From Barthelona sp. PAP020 (Eukaryota), in the NCBI GenBank assembly GCA_040182905.1, contig JARQWU010000027.1, positions 1 to 64,000 of the forward strand: 64,000 nucleotides of DNA. The letters run 5' to 3'. The notes under the pieces are model-generated. The model saw only the letters and a list, made by a program, of their open reading frames with translations, was not told the DNA's origin and did not search any database. Shown one piece after another: positions 31,701 to 42,139 of the stretch (position 1 is its first letter; each line of letters starts with the position of its first letter). The position numbers and the translations under genes were made by a program.

Positions 31701-31939
31701 AAATTCAATGCAATAACTTTATCTATCTCTGCTATTGAAGAATTAGACACATCAATATGATGTACATATATAGTTTGATTAGGTAATAAAAATAGTTGCA
31801 AATCTTTTAAGAATTCACTTGAAAACCCATCAGATTCAGGATATGATACCATTCCAGCAATTTTACCTTCAATTTTAACAAACAAAAATGTTATTATCAA
31901 GAAAAACATATATGCTCTCTTAATTTCATTAATCATCAT
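28790..31939 (-). CDS. Membrane hybrid histidine kinase (sensor-TM-PAS-HisKA-HATPase-receiver)
   Basis: H-box AGSVAHDFRNLL, N-box NFLLNSKDA, G1 EDNGEGI, F-box FNPFFTTK, G2 GTGMGL; receiver VEDE...LDSSLPGMSG...KP. Confidence 0.93.
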   Translation of the reverse strand: MMINEIKRAYMFFLIITFLFVKIEGKIAGMVSYPESDGFSSEFLKDLQLFLLPNQTIYVHHIDVSNSSIAEIDKVIALNFMQIYEFGSDDQYFCLGESGCTILKFLQTNMTKLQSIIPIGIIFSEQGLSNFPSNWQMIYYEVDWLQMVTFSENFHPLVKDYVFICCDCTTFRSELAVDSSRNYHFLETEKMNFTSLTQTKNELFSSFDIKSTILYYIDGKKDVNNNTLINQQVVTFLSKLGYPMYSFKLFLLNYGVLGGIMMDWNSISSILIDSLLNIEAGKRIKLKSIAYLDYQKIPQFSIETGSISKDVVLVNKPIDIFEDDLVFLFIFVCVLAFELVLIVIGWFNYEKIRKISQEHKVEMKQLNILLCQIESMIQLVQKGEIIYENKDHMQLINSKVDSYLIYNDILSFECHQSDYEISLPGSTSSRTLLSSNSLNSANTVSGKRSSSRFTSNVGEDTLEQQRNNIIKRLLVHGNIPPNNPFVLHLGDKYLEISTKLIKWIDNDYAKLSVCHDVTEKMDLLNSIAESERYLTAVLNGINDMVLTVNEDYYVCKINTSAGKLLQSMNFSLPNSSGENGPLINDIFDFFFIPPEFHGSISPKEALNDVIQNHLPFYRTDCFIQRKDTLDVFLFSVHPLLFKKYLPGVVIILKDVSEKFLLKKQVYETEKMADMGKLAGSVAHDFRNLLLCQEEFNAKLQQIAEYSPHLSKHKKLFKAIEKATESAFELTRSLLKFSKPDKSSRLTDMNLHDYIENNLTFFKATFGQQFSVLLNFEANSANIKGDELMLSSIFTNFLLNSKDASANTFIIRTTNVSVTKETQLRTGTVLTVGNYIQVTCEDNGEGISPKNLDKIFNPFFTTKGVANGTGMGLSTVFSTVKELQGAITVTSLEKTDNNEGKTMMTIFFPIQGTSISSKPIVSGPKNTVVLRKGLRALHVEDEPMIADILSMGLLKLDIGYKWCETGEIGLKEFVDHMDVYDMVFLDSSLPGMSGKQVLAKIRELNPTFPVIFFSGWDQDHLEVHDEYVSWLNKPYVQEQLEELLGKLFSR

Positions 31940-32403
31940 TTTTAATATATAAATAAAGTTAAATTTTAGACTTCTTCATAATAATAAATACATTGTTGGT
32001 TCTAAAAAAAAATTTTGACTTTACAAACAACTTCATTCATTTTTTCAATCACATCAACTTAAGTTAGAATGGCAATAAAATAAATAGAGTCATTTTCCAA
32101 CGTATTTTTTTTTTAAATGTTGGGAAAAACTATACCACCAATTTTTCTTCAACAACGGATTCAAATAAATTTTATTTCAATAAAATAGCTTCAACATTTA
32201 TTCATTTTACTTCCACAATATCCAATTGGGAAAAATTAAGATGTCAAAACAATCACAGTTCCAATTTTCACATTAAAACACCTTATTTCAAAGATAAGCT
32301 TGTTATAGCACAACAAAACCGATTTTAAACTCAAAAATCACAATGAAAAATAAAAAGCAGTATTAATATTTATAACATTCTATTTCACATAGCTTTGACT
32401 TTC

Positions 32404-33174
32404 TTATTGAATTGATCTAAAGGATTTATTTGCGATCGATAATGTTTCATCCATAAACAATTTATTCTCTGAATGATATTCTTGAATGATGAAATAAAAG
32501 AGCAAACACGAAAAAAAAGCTCTTCCAACAGTAAAAGCAATACCTAGCAACCAGTTTACAGTGAAAGAAAAATTAATAGGAATGTAAGTCAAAGAAAATC
32601 CAACGCAGGCAATGAAACCAAGGAATTTTTTTCTTTGCAACGAAAAGTACACAATTTGCAAAAAGTAAAAGAAAAATAACACGCTTACCATCACGTCTAA
32701 ATCTTGAATTTCATCAGGAGAATATATCAATGCTAGAATTATGATTATGATGGCAGGTAAATAATTAGATTGAATAATCACAAACTTTGGAGATGAAATT
32801 TCATTGGAAAAATAAAGAAACCTTTCATCCTTTGATAACTGCATGAAATATCCTCGTTGATATAACCAAACAACCAAAGAACAAAAACCAATGGATAGCG
32901 AAATAAAATACAATAAAGTAAAGAAACTATGTGTAGCAATCCTTCCCTTTTCATCATTTAAATAATATATTAATAGAACAATTTGTTCCAATGTTAAACA
33001 ACTAAATATTAAAGTTGGACCGTTTACAAAACCTAATATGTTAAATCTTTGATTAAAAATTTTGTAAAATGTGAAATGTATTTTGTAAATGAATAAAAAA
33101 ATTATGGATAAAAATGCCAAAATAAATGAAACAATCGATATAAAAACACTATAATTGTCAGCAACAGAATTCAT
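32404..33174 (-). CDS. Multi-pass membrane protein (about 7 TM), function unknown
   Basis: 256-aa ORF with about 7 hydrophobic segments and no recognised motif. Confidence 0.6.
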   Translation of the reverse strand: MNSVADNYSVFISIVSFILAFLSIIFLFIYKIHFTFYKIFNQRFNILGFVNGPTLIFSCLTLEQIVLLIYYLNDEKGRIATHSFFTLLYFISLSIGFCSLVVWLYQRGYFMQLSKDERFLYFSNEISSPKFVIIQSNYLPAIIIIILALIYSPDEIQDLDVMVSVLFFFYFLQIVYFSLQRKKFLGFIACVGFSLTYIPINFSFTVNWLLGIAFTVGRAFFSCLLFYFIIQEYHSENKLFMDETLSIANKSFRSIQ

Positions 33175-33274
33175 TTGAATAGGAAGTTTGTATCAATCAA
33201 ACATGAAAAATTGAGAAAAAAAGAAATTGATTGAAGAATTACAAAAATTCATTATTTCGAATTAGTATTTATAT

Positions 33275-34528
33275 ATGGGTCATTCTCATGAAAAGAATGT
33301 TACGTTTTCATTTGTAATATTCATAATCTTGCAAACAGTATTTTTTTTCTCAGAAATTATTTTTGGGATACTTTTTAATTCGATCGCTTTAATTTCAGAT
33401 GCCGTACATATGTTTACTGATTTATTAGCTGTAATATTAGCATTTGTCTATGCAAAACTTGCTTCGAAAGCACCTTCAGATTCAATGACATTTGGTTTTA
33501 AACGTGCTGAAGTTGTTGGTGGATTGGTAAATGCTGTATTTATGTTTGCTTTGTCTATATTTCTTGGTTTAGAAGCTATTCAAAGAATTGTGACCAACTC
33601 TTGTGATATTGAAGCTGGTTGGCCACTTATGATTGTTGCTGGTCTTGGACTTCTTGTTAATATTGTCGGAGTCACTCTATTCCATGGCTTTAGTCATGGA
33701 CATTCACATGGAAATTGTAGTCATGGACATTCTCACGATGATGAACATCATCATCATGAACATGAACATGAACACAATCATAAACATTGTGACCATTCAC
33801 ATTGTCATTCTCATCATGATCACAGTGATCACGAGAACGAGAACGTTGACCCTGGGAAGAAATATATTGATGACGTTGAATTAGATTCTCCATATCCAGA
33901 TACCGTTCAAAGTTTGGCAATTCAAATTCAAACCAGATCATTACATCGTAAAGCTAATAACAAGGATAAAGTTCAAAAAACACACAGTAACCTTAATATT
34001 GAGGGACTTCTTTTGCATATCATTGGAGATCTTCTTGGTTCAATTGGCGTTTTAGTTGCGGGAGCCTTAATAATGTTTACTAACCTATCATTTAAGCAGT
34101 TGGCTGATCCCATTGCTTCATTGTTAATTTCGGCCATGATGTTAGTTTCTTCAACCTCCTTGATGAAAAGGGCTTCTTGGATTTTAATGCAGGGTGTGCC
34201 AGAAGGTATCGATATTGGTGAGATTAAGAAGGAGTTGTGCATGGTTCCAGGTGTTGAAGATGTTCATCATATTCATGTATGGCAACTATTTCAAAATATG
34301 CTGATCTGTAGTGCTCATATTGTTTTATCAACTGAAAATAGCACTTCTCAGCATTTTGAAGTGATAATTAAAGGATGTAAGGAAGTTCTGTGTGAATTTG
34401 GCATACATGAGTCTTCTTTGCAACCAGAAATGAGCAATAATGGATGTTTGTTTTTGTGCAACTGCGACACAAATGATGAAAGTTTGTGTGTTCAAACAAC
34501 CAATTCTTTAAATTTGTCAAATGAGTGA
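33275..34528 (+). CDS. CDF/ZnT (SLC30) zinc efflux transporter
   Basis: SIALISDAVHMFTD, TFGFKRAEVVG, a His-rich loop, LHIIGDLLGS and HHIHVW. Confidence 0.95.
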   Translation: MGHSHEKNVTFSFVIFIILQTVFFFSEIIFGILFNSIALISDAVHMFTDLLAVILAFVYAKLASKAPSDSMTFGFKRAEVVGGLVNAVFMFALSIFLGLEAIQRIVTNSCDIEAGWPLMIVAGLGLLVNIVGVTLFHGFSHGHSHGNCSHGHSHDDEHHHHEHEHEHNHKHCDHSHCHSHHDHSDHENENVDPGKKYIDDVELDSPYPDTVQSLAIQIQTRSLHRKANNKDKVQKTHSNLNIEGLLLHIIGDLLGSIGVLVAGALIMFTNLSFKQLADPIASLLISAMMLVSSTSLMKRASWILMQGVPEGIDIGEIKKELCMVPGVEDVHHIHVWQLFQNMLICSAHIVLSTENSTSQHFEVIIKGCKEVLCEFGIHESSLQPEMSNNGCLFLCNCDTNDESLCVQTTNSLNLSNE

Positions 34529-34725
34529 AGATACATTGATTAATCAACAAGTTATTCCTTTTATATACTGTTTAATAAAAATAGTTTTTTTTTTTCATGC
34601 CAAATGTTAATGTCCAATGTATCACTTAACGATTATTGCCTAGTAAAAGAAAAACACAAAAAAAAAAAAAATCTTAATAACAGCATTTATTTCTCTTCCG
34701 TAACACATTTGTTTCATTATTCAAT

Positions 34726-36771
34726 TTACCTACCATACTTATGTCTCTTTATGCCTGAAACATCACCAGCATACAGAAGTGCATATGAAGCAGTGAGTAA
34801 TTCAATTTCATCAACTTTGATATTGAATTCACCAAAAGTTCCTGAAATGTCTTTTGAAAAGAAACGCCAATTCTTGTAAACTGTCGTATTTTTACTTTGA
34901 TAATGATGAGACCCTTGAGATAAATACTTTTGAAATCTAAATCTAAAGAGAGGATCTGCGCTTTCATTCATGATAGAGTCTATTCTATTGAATGCAGCGT
35001 TTCTCAAACTGATGTATTCCTTGCTTAATTGACTATCCTCCTCTTCTTTTTTTGTGTTATTTTTTAATGAATCATTATCTTTCATATATATAGCAATCAA
35101 GCCTGGATATGCAAGATAGAAATTATCTGTGCTAACAGCAGAAAATGAAATAGGGGCTGAAATGCTCTTATTTGTAACATTTGATTTCTTTAAAGCATTC
35201 ATAATCTTTTTAACCTTTTGATTGGACACCAAACCATCTTTTTTTGTCAAAGCAATTATTGAACTGTTGAATAGAGCAATCAAAATGTCTTCTTTTAAAC
35301 ACACCATCCTTGAAATTCTGGCAGAAATTTGAGATTTCCATTTGTTGCTACCATTGATATCATGACACGCAATAAGATTAGAATCATCAATAGAGTATAT
35401 TAGACCATCGTTGCAATCCACATATAATGATAACGGAATAGCTTCATGGATGTATTCAGCAATAGAAAAAGTGAAATTATCCAAATCAACAATGGCCACC
35501 TTACCATTAACAGCAAAGATAACCAACAATTCATCATTTATAAATTGTGCATCTATACACCCATTATTCAAGGGAGATTCAATAGCTATTGCTTGAATAT
35601 CCTCATAATTATCGCCATCGAAAGCAAATAACCAAGTCTCACTAGAATTACCAACAAACAACATGTTTCCATTGGAGCTTCCAGCAACAACAGAAATAGC
35701 TCCACAATCTAACTCAATGACGCTCTTCAACTCCTCATCATCAATAACTAGTAAACGATTCAAAACTGGTATAATCACACGCCTTTCAAATTTATAAACT
35801 TGATGTCTGTGTTGTATTGGTAACAAAGGCATCTTTTCAAATGTTTTATTTGTATGAATGTTTTTGGTCTTAAATAGCGCTAATTGTGCATTCTCACCTC
35901 CACAGATTACATGCTTTCCTGTGTACGCAATGGAATTGATATCCAATCCAAAAACTCGATGTGTCTTAGACAAAGTCCATTCATCATTAAGTTGACTGAA
36001 AACACTTAAAGAACCGTCTGCAGCAGCAGCAAATAATAAACCACCTTCGAACATTAAAGAATGAATAGGTCCACCACAAAGTCGAACATGCGATGTTCTA
36101 ACACCTGTAATTCCATCAAAAATAGATACAAAACCAGCTGCATCACAATTTGCTACGGAAAAATGACTAAGAGGGGTAATATCCAAAACAGCAACAGGTT
36201 CATCAATTCCTAATTCAGCCACTGCAAATTCCATCGCTGTAGATCCATCTAAAGTTAATCTAAACGCTTCTCCAGATCCTAAACCAACAAAAACAAAGTC
36301 TTTATTGGAAGCAATCGAAGTGATGGGTGCATGTCCATTAAAAATGAAAGGAAGCAATTTCAACTTATCAAATTCATCTAATTGGTACTTTTTGACGGTA
36401 CCATCAAAACAACCACAAAATAAAACTTGTAAAGACGCATTAAAACACATAGAAAGAATAGAATTTCCATATAAATCGTATGAATATTCAATTCTTGTTG
36501 TGTTAATATCTATTTGATGTACTTTTCCAATGGTATCTGCAACAAATATTATATCTTTTAATGAATGTAGACTATATGTTACCGCTAATGATGAATATTC
36601 GCTTCTAGGTAAACAGATCAATTGTTTTAAGAAAAAATTGTTCTTTGTTTCATAAACTTCTATTTGACAAGTTTTTCTCAAGATATAAAGATTTTTCGTT
36701 TGATTTGAATACTTTAAACTAATTATCGGTGGTGGAGAATAAAAGGGAAACCTTTTTGGTGATAATTTCAT
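34726..36771 (-). CDS. UTP4: WD40 SSU-processome protein Utp4/Cirhin-like
   Basis: Double WD propeller with N-terminal RFPFYSPPPIISL and C-terminal IKRHKYGR, resembling Utp4 termini. Confidence 0.65.
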   Translation of the reverse strand: MKLSPKRFPFYSPPPIISLKYSNQTKNLYILRKTCQIEVYETKNNFFLKQLICLPRSEYSSLAVTYSLHSLKDIIFVADTIGKVHQIDINTTRIEYSYDLYGNSILSMCFNASLQVLFCGCFDGTVKKYQLDEFDKLKLLPFIFNGHAPITSIASNKDFVFVGLGSGEAFRLTLDGSTAMEFAVAELGIDEPVAVLDITPLSHFSVANCDAAGFVSIFDGITGVRTSHVRLCGGPIHSLMFEGGLLFAAAADGSLSVFSQLNDEWTLSKTHRVFGLDINSIAYTGKHVICGGENAQLALFKTKNIHTNKTFEKMPLLPIQHRHQVYKFERRVIIPVLNRLLVIDDEELKSVIELDCGAISVVAGSSNGNMLFVGNSSETWLFAFDGDNYEDIQAIAIESPLNNGCIDAQFINDELLVIFAVNGKVAIVDLDNFTFSIAEYIHEAIPLSLYVDCNDGLIYSIDDSNLIACHDINGSNKWKSQISARISRMVCLKEDILIALFNSSIIALTKKDGLVSNQKVKKIMNALKKSNVTNKSISAPISFSAVSTDNFYLAYPGLIAIYMKDNDSLKNNTKKEEEDSQLSKEYISLRNAAFNRIDSIMNESADPLFRFRFQKYLSQGSHHYQSKNTTVYKNWRFFSKDISGTFGEFNIKVDEIELLTASYALLYAGDVSGIKRHKYGR

Positions 36772-37104
36772 GTGTTAAAAGGGAAAAAAGGACAAATGAT
36801 ATTTTTTTTCAATCTATTTTTGACAAAATTTTATTCTTTTTCTCTTACATATTCTTTTTAATGAAAAAATCAAAAAAAAAAAAAGATTAAAGACATTTTT
36901 TACTTATCACTTCAGTTTTTCCTTTTTTTAATTCAATTCAAATGTCTAATATATATTTAAACAAATAAAAATATATTTGAATTTCTTTTGTACCTGAAAA
37001 TAAAAGACAAAAAGAGAGGAGCATTTTTTTTTTTAAATGTATTTTGTTATATAACCAAAATACTGACGAAATTATTATCACATTTATATATATATTAATT
37101 TATT

Positions 37105-40100
37105 ATGAATCATGCAATTGTTTCACGTGAAAGAGTGATCCAAAATTTTGTTTTGAATAGAAACGCAAAAAAAGCACATGTCACTTTTAAAAAGAAAAGA
37201 AATGTTAAAAAAGCGCTGCCTTCAAACGAAATTAATGATAATATTTGTGAACGAAGATCCTATTCATCATTGTCACAGAGTGATTTTGATGAAAAGAAAT
37301 CTAAACACATGAAAAACGCCCTATATGAAACAAATATGGTTTTGACTGAAACGATTGTTCCAAGTCCCACATTATTATCCCCTATTGAAAACAATAATGA
37401 AAAGAATAGATTTGAAAAGGCCGATATCACTCTGGAAAAGATGGTTACGTATGATAAAATTGAAAAGGAAATGACTTTTTCGAAACAAACAATGAAAAAA
37501 AAGGTTGATCATCATAAACAAGTGAGGCCATATTCAAGCTTAGAAAATGTGACTCAAGGTCCAAAATCAATAGAAGAAATTATAGCGAAGTCGAAAGACA
37601 TTGATTTATCTTTGTTTTCGCACCCTAATGTACCTGTTATATCCGATTATAGCAATAATAAAAAAACTGAATCAATGAAGATCAAGGGCGCCAAAAACAC
37701 ATCTGAACATCTGAGCTCTCCATCTGCTCCTATGCGTGTTCAAGATAAATCAGCAGATAATTGTACAACTCGAGCGACATTTGAAGAAAACGAACCATGG
37801 ATGATTAATGAATATAAGAGTTTAGATTCGAAAAATTCAAAAAAGCTAAAACAACAGAAAATGGCATTTTTGTTTCCAGAAAACGATAATGAGAACTGCG
37901 ATTCATGTGATTCATGGGAAGATGGTTTTTTGACACATTCTTCTTCTGTTTCAAGAACTTTGAATGAACATACTACAGTTGAAAAGATAAAAACCGAAAC
38001 TTTTGGACCTTTGGATAAGGCTCCTGTTGATAATTCAACAAAAAAGAAATTATCAAAGGATAAAACGAAAAGGAAACCGAAAAAGTCAGAAAAAAAGTCA
38101 GCTACAGAAGAGAGAAGCGAAAAACCAAATTCTATTGCTAAATCGTCGACAAAAAGTTCAAAAAAGATTATCAAATGTAAGCAAAATAATGTTGATACTA
38201 ATTCATCGCACAAACCTGAGTTATTACCAGAAAAACCCATTGTACAAGATAAAAAAAACATGCAAAACAAAACAAATGGTACTTATATTGGAGGAACTAA
38301 AACTAATGGCAGTGTTGGACAAAAAACTTCAACTTTTGTTCCAAAAAACAAAACTCCTCTATGCAGAACTTTAAACTCAGATAATTTATCCACACCAGCA
38401 CAAACAACTTCTCTGCCCACAAGTGAACAAGCAGAAATGATTAATATTATTGAAGCTCTGTCGCCAAAAAGAACAAATATGGCAGGTGAAACCACTCCAA
38501 GGGGTAGTATCTGCTACAAAACCATTTTACATGGCTTGGTTGAAAATCCTGAGCCCAAAATGTCACTACCAAATAAACCTCTCATTGAAAATCCAATGAT
38601 CAAAAGTACACCTCTTCATTTTAGTCCAACCAAAAATGTTCATATCGCAGATAGCTCTTCTGAATCTTTTGATTCTTGTCAAGTCAGTTCACCTCTTTCC
38701 CTTTCTTTAAACCAAACAAATCAAAACTTCCACACATTAGATAATGTTGAAAACAATGTAAAACCAAGAAATAGCCCTAGAGCTATCAAACACCAAGATC
38801 CAATTCACCCTGTAAAAGGCCTATTTTTACCTCATGAAATGGATGATGGTGAAAACCTTCAAAATTCGAAGAAAACGGATGAAATCCAAAAAAGAAAGAA
38901 AGACTTGACATTTGAAGAACTTACGAGTATCTTGGGTGATATTGATTTGGTTCAAGCTGTTGAAAGTGTCACCTTTTTGCGAAAGCAGACTGAATCAAAA
39001 AATACATCATTCAATGGTGAAATTGATGATGAAAAGCTTGGAATTGACGTTATTGATGTGGATGTTGATTTTGATGATGATGGAGAAGAAGATGATGATG
39101 ATAGAGAAGTATCTTTGTTGTCAAATTCAAATACCAAGTTTATGGACAGCAAGATACGTAACATGAAAACTGTAGTGATGGAAGATAACCCTTTTTCACA
39201 GTGGAAAGGTCATGTTGATGATTCTTTAATATCACCACCTCCAAAACATGTGATTGATAGAGTTAATTTGGTTTTGAAACTGACCAAAACTGAAAACAAT
39301 CAAAAGAAGTTTAATGAGGTGGATGGGCGCATAAACAAATTCAACAAGATGCATTCAATGGTGTTATCACCGAACATTTTATCACCAGCTCAGTCTATAC
39401 ATGATTTGAATGAATTGAGAGTTGATTATAAAGAAATGGAAACAGAACAACCTACGTCCACATTCAACATTCAAACAGGTTCAAAAGTTCAAATATGTGA
39501 TTCTGAAAGCAGCAATGAGGATCAAGATGATTCTTTAAATCGTATGAATAGTCTATTTAATATAAGCTTCAAAGATGTGCAGAAGCATAAAAAGAATAGT
39601 ATGGTGTTTACTAAGCGAAAATTTAGTCATACAGTACCCAATGATACCAATATGCTGTTACATTCAAGGACATTATCAAATACCAGTGCATTGAGTAGTT
39701 TGAGTCCAAAAAATTCAAAAACGTCAAAGACTGAATATCAACAACAATTTTTTGAAAGAAATATTCCAACACCTGTCATTCAAAGTGAACAGACAATCAG
39801 TATTTTACAAAATAACACCAAGGAAAAAAGTAGACTTGATTTGACTATTGTGAAGAAAGAAGATAGTAGAAAAGATTATGAAGAATGGGAACATGACTAT
39901 AATAAATCAAAGGAACTTGCTACAAGGACAATTAGCAGAGCAAGGGCTAAATCGAAGCATAAAATCAAAATTTCGGCGAGACAGCCATATGAACGGCAGT
40001 TTTCCTTGTTCTTTTATGACTTCCATGAGATGTTTTTTGGATCGTTTGTACAGCGTTGCAACAAAACGTTTGATTTTAGTCAAAGAATTAAAAGAGACAT

Positions 40101-41946
40101 TATTGAAGGAGATTTACACTCTGAGTTAGCTTTATTAGGATCTTCTTTAATTTTACAAAGTTTTGGAAAAATAGAAATGTACAAATTTTTTCATATGTTT
40201 TCAAATATTTTAGATTTACGTGAATATTATCGTGCCAAAGGAATGAATCAGGCATTGGAAGATTTTAAAAGAAAAATTTTTTTGATCAAGCCTTTAGATG
40301 TTAAGGCTGAAGCTTTATATACATTGAAGTTGGCAACATCTTTAAATAGCCAATTTATACTGGAAGAAAGTCAAAGCTTCAATGGTTTTAACATCTTATT
40401 TGTTTGGGGTAAAAATCTGGGCAATTACATGACAAATGTTGCTAAAATGGTTGAAAGTTATTCCAAAAATGCGTTGAATCATCAAACAAAAAATCCAAAA
40501 AATATTCCAGCAAATACTATCGATAATTATCAAAATTTGGAGACATTTACTGTGAATAAAGATAAACAATTGTTTCAATTTGTTGATATCACGTTGTTAA
40601 TGTTTTTTCAACGTGTTAGTGCTCTCCCTAATTCAACACCATTAGTAAATAAAGCTCTTTTAGCTAAATCAATCACAAAATTTGATGATCCAGCTTTAAT
40701 GTTTGTTCCTGCTACTTTTGTTTTACCACAAGATTATTCTCAACTTGTTGATTATGATAGTTTCATTAGAATGCAAATAAATTCCTCATTATTATCTACC
40801 AATAACTTGAATCTTCAGAATAATACTAAATTAGTGTATATTCTAAAAAAACTAGGAAGTTCAAGAGGTAATGAGATAACTATTGTTCCAGATCTTGCAA
40901 GAGAACAATTGACTCAATCTAATTACATAATTCAAAGATACATTTGCAATCCTTGGTTAATTAAAGGAAGAAAATTCGATTTCAGAGTTTATTTCATGAT
41001 TACTTCTCTTTTTCCTTTAAAAGTATATATATATAAAGATGGTTTTGTTAGATTTTGTTCGGAACCTTATTCAGATGAAGATTTTACTAATATTTACGCA
41101 CATTTAACAAATACTGCTATTCAAAGAGATCATCCAAATGGTATCAAATCTCCACCATTCATTGATAATGGTAATACTGCAGCAAAATGTTCTTTTAAAG
41201 AGTTTCAAGACATTTTGAAGATTTTAAACGTATCAAAAGATACCAATTTGTTTTCTTCAAGTCAAAAAATACATTGGGATGATTTATGGAAGAAAATTAA
41301 AAGTGTCATCTTGAGAGCAGTTCTGGTGAATTTACCAGCTTTGAAAAAAGGCTTGGGAAACTTTTTAACCAAATACAAGAAGAGGTTCAACCAATTCAAT
41401 AAATATATTGAGGAAATAAAGGAAGAAATTACTAGTGAAGTTCCTTTTGCCAAAATTAGCAGCTCAAAATTTCCAATCTCCAATCACACAAAATTTCCTT
41501 TTTCAGATACCTTTTTTGAGATATTTGGAGCCGATATTTTATTTGATAATAATTTGGACCCCTGGTTATTAGAAATCAATACTGGACCCTCTTTAGCTAT
41601 TGATTGTTATATTGATGAAATGATTAAAGCTCGTCTTTTGGTTGATAGCTTCAAAATTGTTGAACCTCCTTGGTATTCTAGACAGAATCTTTTGGATGTA
41701 TTTTCTGATATTTTGAAGAAGAATCAATCTTTTTCGGCTCAAAGGTTGGATCAATTGTTTCAAACAATCTTTCAAAAACCTGTTAATCAAATTTTTTGTT
41801 CAGATGATTCTCAATTGGATTTGGGGAATTATGAGGTTTTGTTTCCATCTCAAGAAGGAAAACGTGTTGATAAAGTCATCAAAAAAGCTCAAAAAAAAAA
41901 GAAATTAAGCATGTTGAAAACAGGTTTAGAAGAAATTACTATTTAG
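37105..41946 (+). CDS. TTLL-family tubulin-modifying ligase with long low-complexity N-terminus
   Basis: C-terminal TTL domain: SSRGNEI, QRYICNPWLIKGRKFDFRVY, HLTNTAIQ and FEIFGADILFD..LEINTGPSL. Confidence 0.88.
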   Translation: MNHAIVSRERVIQNFVLNRNAKKAHVTFKKKRNVKKALPSNEINDNICERRSYSSLSQSDFDEKKSKHMKNALYETNMVLTETIVPSPTLLSPIENNNEKNRFEKADITLEKMVTYDKIEKEMTFSKQTMKKKVDHHKQVRPYSSLENVTQGPKSIEEIIAKSKDIDLSLFSHPNVPVISDYSNNKKTESMKIKGAKNTSEHLSSPSAPMRVQDKSADNCTTRATFEENEPWMINEYKSLDSKNSKKLKQQKMAFLFPENDNENCDSCDSWEDGFLTHSSSVSRTLNEHTTVEKIKTETFGPLDKAPVDNSTKKKLSKDKTKRKPKKSEKKSATEERSEKPNSIAKSSTKSSKKIIKCKQNNVDTNSSHKPELLPEKPIVQDKKNMQNKTNGTYIGGTKTNGSVGQKTSTFVPKNKTPLCRTLNSDNLSTPAQTTSLPTSEQAEMINIIEALSPKRTNMAGETTPRGSICYKTILHGLVENPEPKMSLPNKPLIENPMIKSTPLHFSPTKNVHIADSSSESFDSCQVSSPLSLSLNQTNQNFHTLDNVENNVKPRNSPRAIKHQDPIHPVKGLFLPHEMDDGENLQNSKKTDEIQKRKKDLTFEELTSILGDIDLVQAVESVTFLRKQTESKNTSFNGEIDDEKLGIDVIDVDVDFDDDGEEDDDDREVSLLSNSNTKFMDSKIRNMKTVVMEDNPFSQWKGHVDDSLISPPPKHVIDRVNLVLKLTKTENNQKKFNEVDGRINKFNKMHSMVLSPNILSPAQSIHDLNELRVDYKEMETEQPTSTFNIQTGSKVQICDSESSNEDQDDSLNRMNSLFNISFKDVQKHKKNSMVFTKRKFSHTVPNDTNMLLHSRTLSNTSALSSLSPKNSKTSKTEYQQQFFERNIPTPVIQSEQTISILQNNTKEKSRLDLTIVKKEDSRKDYEEWEHDYNKSKELATRTISRARAKSKHKIKISARQPYERQFSLFFYDFHEMFFGSFVQRCNKTFDFSQRIKRDIIEGDLHSELALLGSSLILQSFGKIEMYKFFHMFSNILDLREYYRAKGMNQALEDFKRKIFLIKPLDVKAEALYTLKLATSLNSQFILEESQSFNGFNILFVWGKNLGNYMTNVAKMVESYSKNALNHQTKNPKNIPANTIDNYQNLETFTVNKDKQLFQFVDITLLMFFQRVSALPNSTPLVNKALLAKSITKFDDPALMFVPATFVLPQDYSQLVDYDSFIRMQINSSLLSTNNLNLQNNTKLVYILKKLGSSRGNEITIVPDLAREQLTQSNYIIQRYICNPWLIKGRKFDFRVYFMITSLFPLKVYIYKDGFVRFCSEPYSDEDFTNIYAHLTNTAIQRDHPNGIKSPPFIDNGNTAAKCSFKEFQDILKILNVSKDTNLFSSSQKIHWDDLWKKIKSVILRAVLVNLPALKKGLGNFLTKYKKRFNQFNKYIEEIKEEITSEVPFAKISSSKFPISNHTKFPFSDTFFEIFGADILFDNNLDPWLLEINTGPSLAIDCYIDEMIKARLLVDSFKIVEPPWYSRQNLLDVFSDILKKNQSFSAQRLDQLFQTIFQKPVNQIFCSDDSQLDLGNYEVLFPSQEGKRVDKVIKKAQKKKKLSMLKTGLEEITI

Positions 41947-42139
41947 TATTTGCAGCATCTTCCATGTGGTTTGTATAAAAAAAAATTCTTTTTTAAAATT
42001 GTTTTTTGTTTGTTTGTTTGACTATTTGCTTTTTAAAGACAATATTTTGAAAAGTTAAAAAAAACTAGCGTTGCAAAACAAAAAGAAAAAAAAAAGAAGC
42101 AAGCAAAAATTTATCCAACCTTGAAACAAAAAAATTAAC

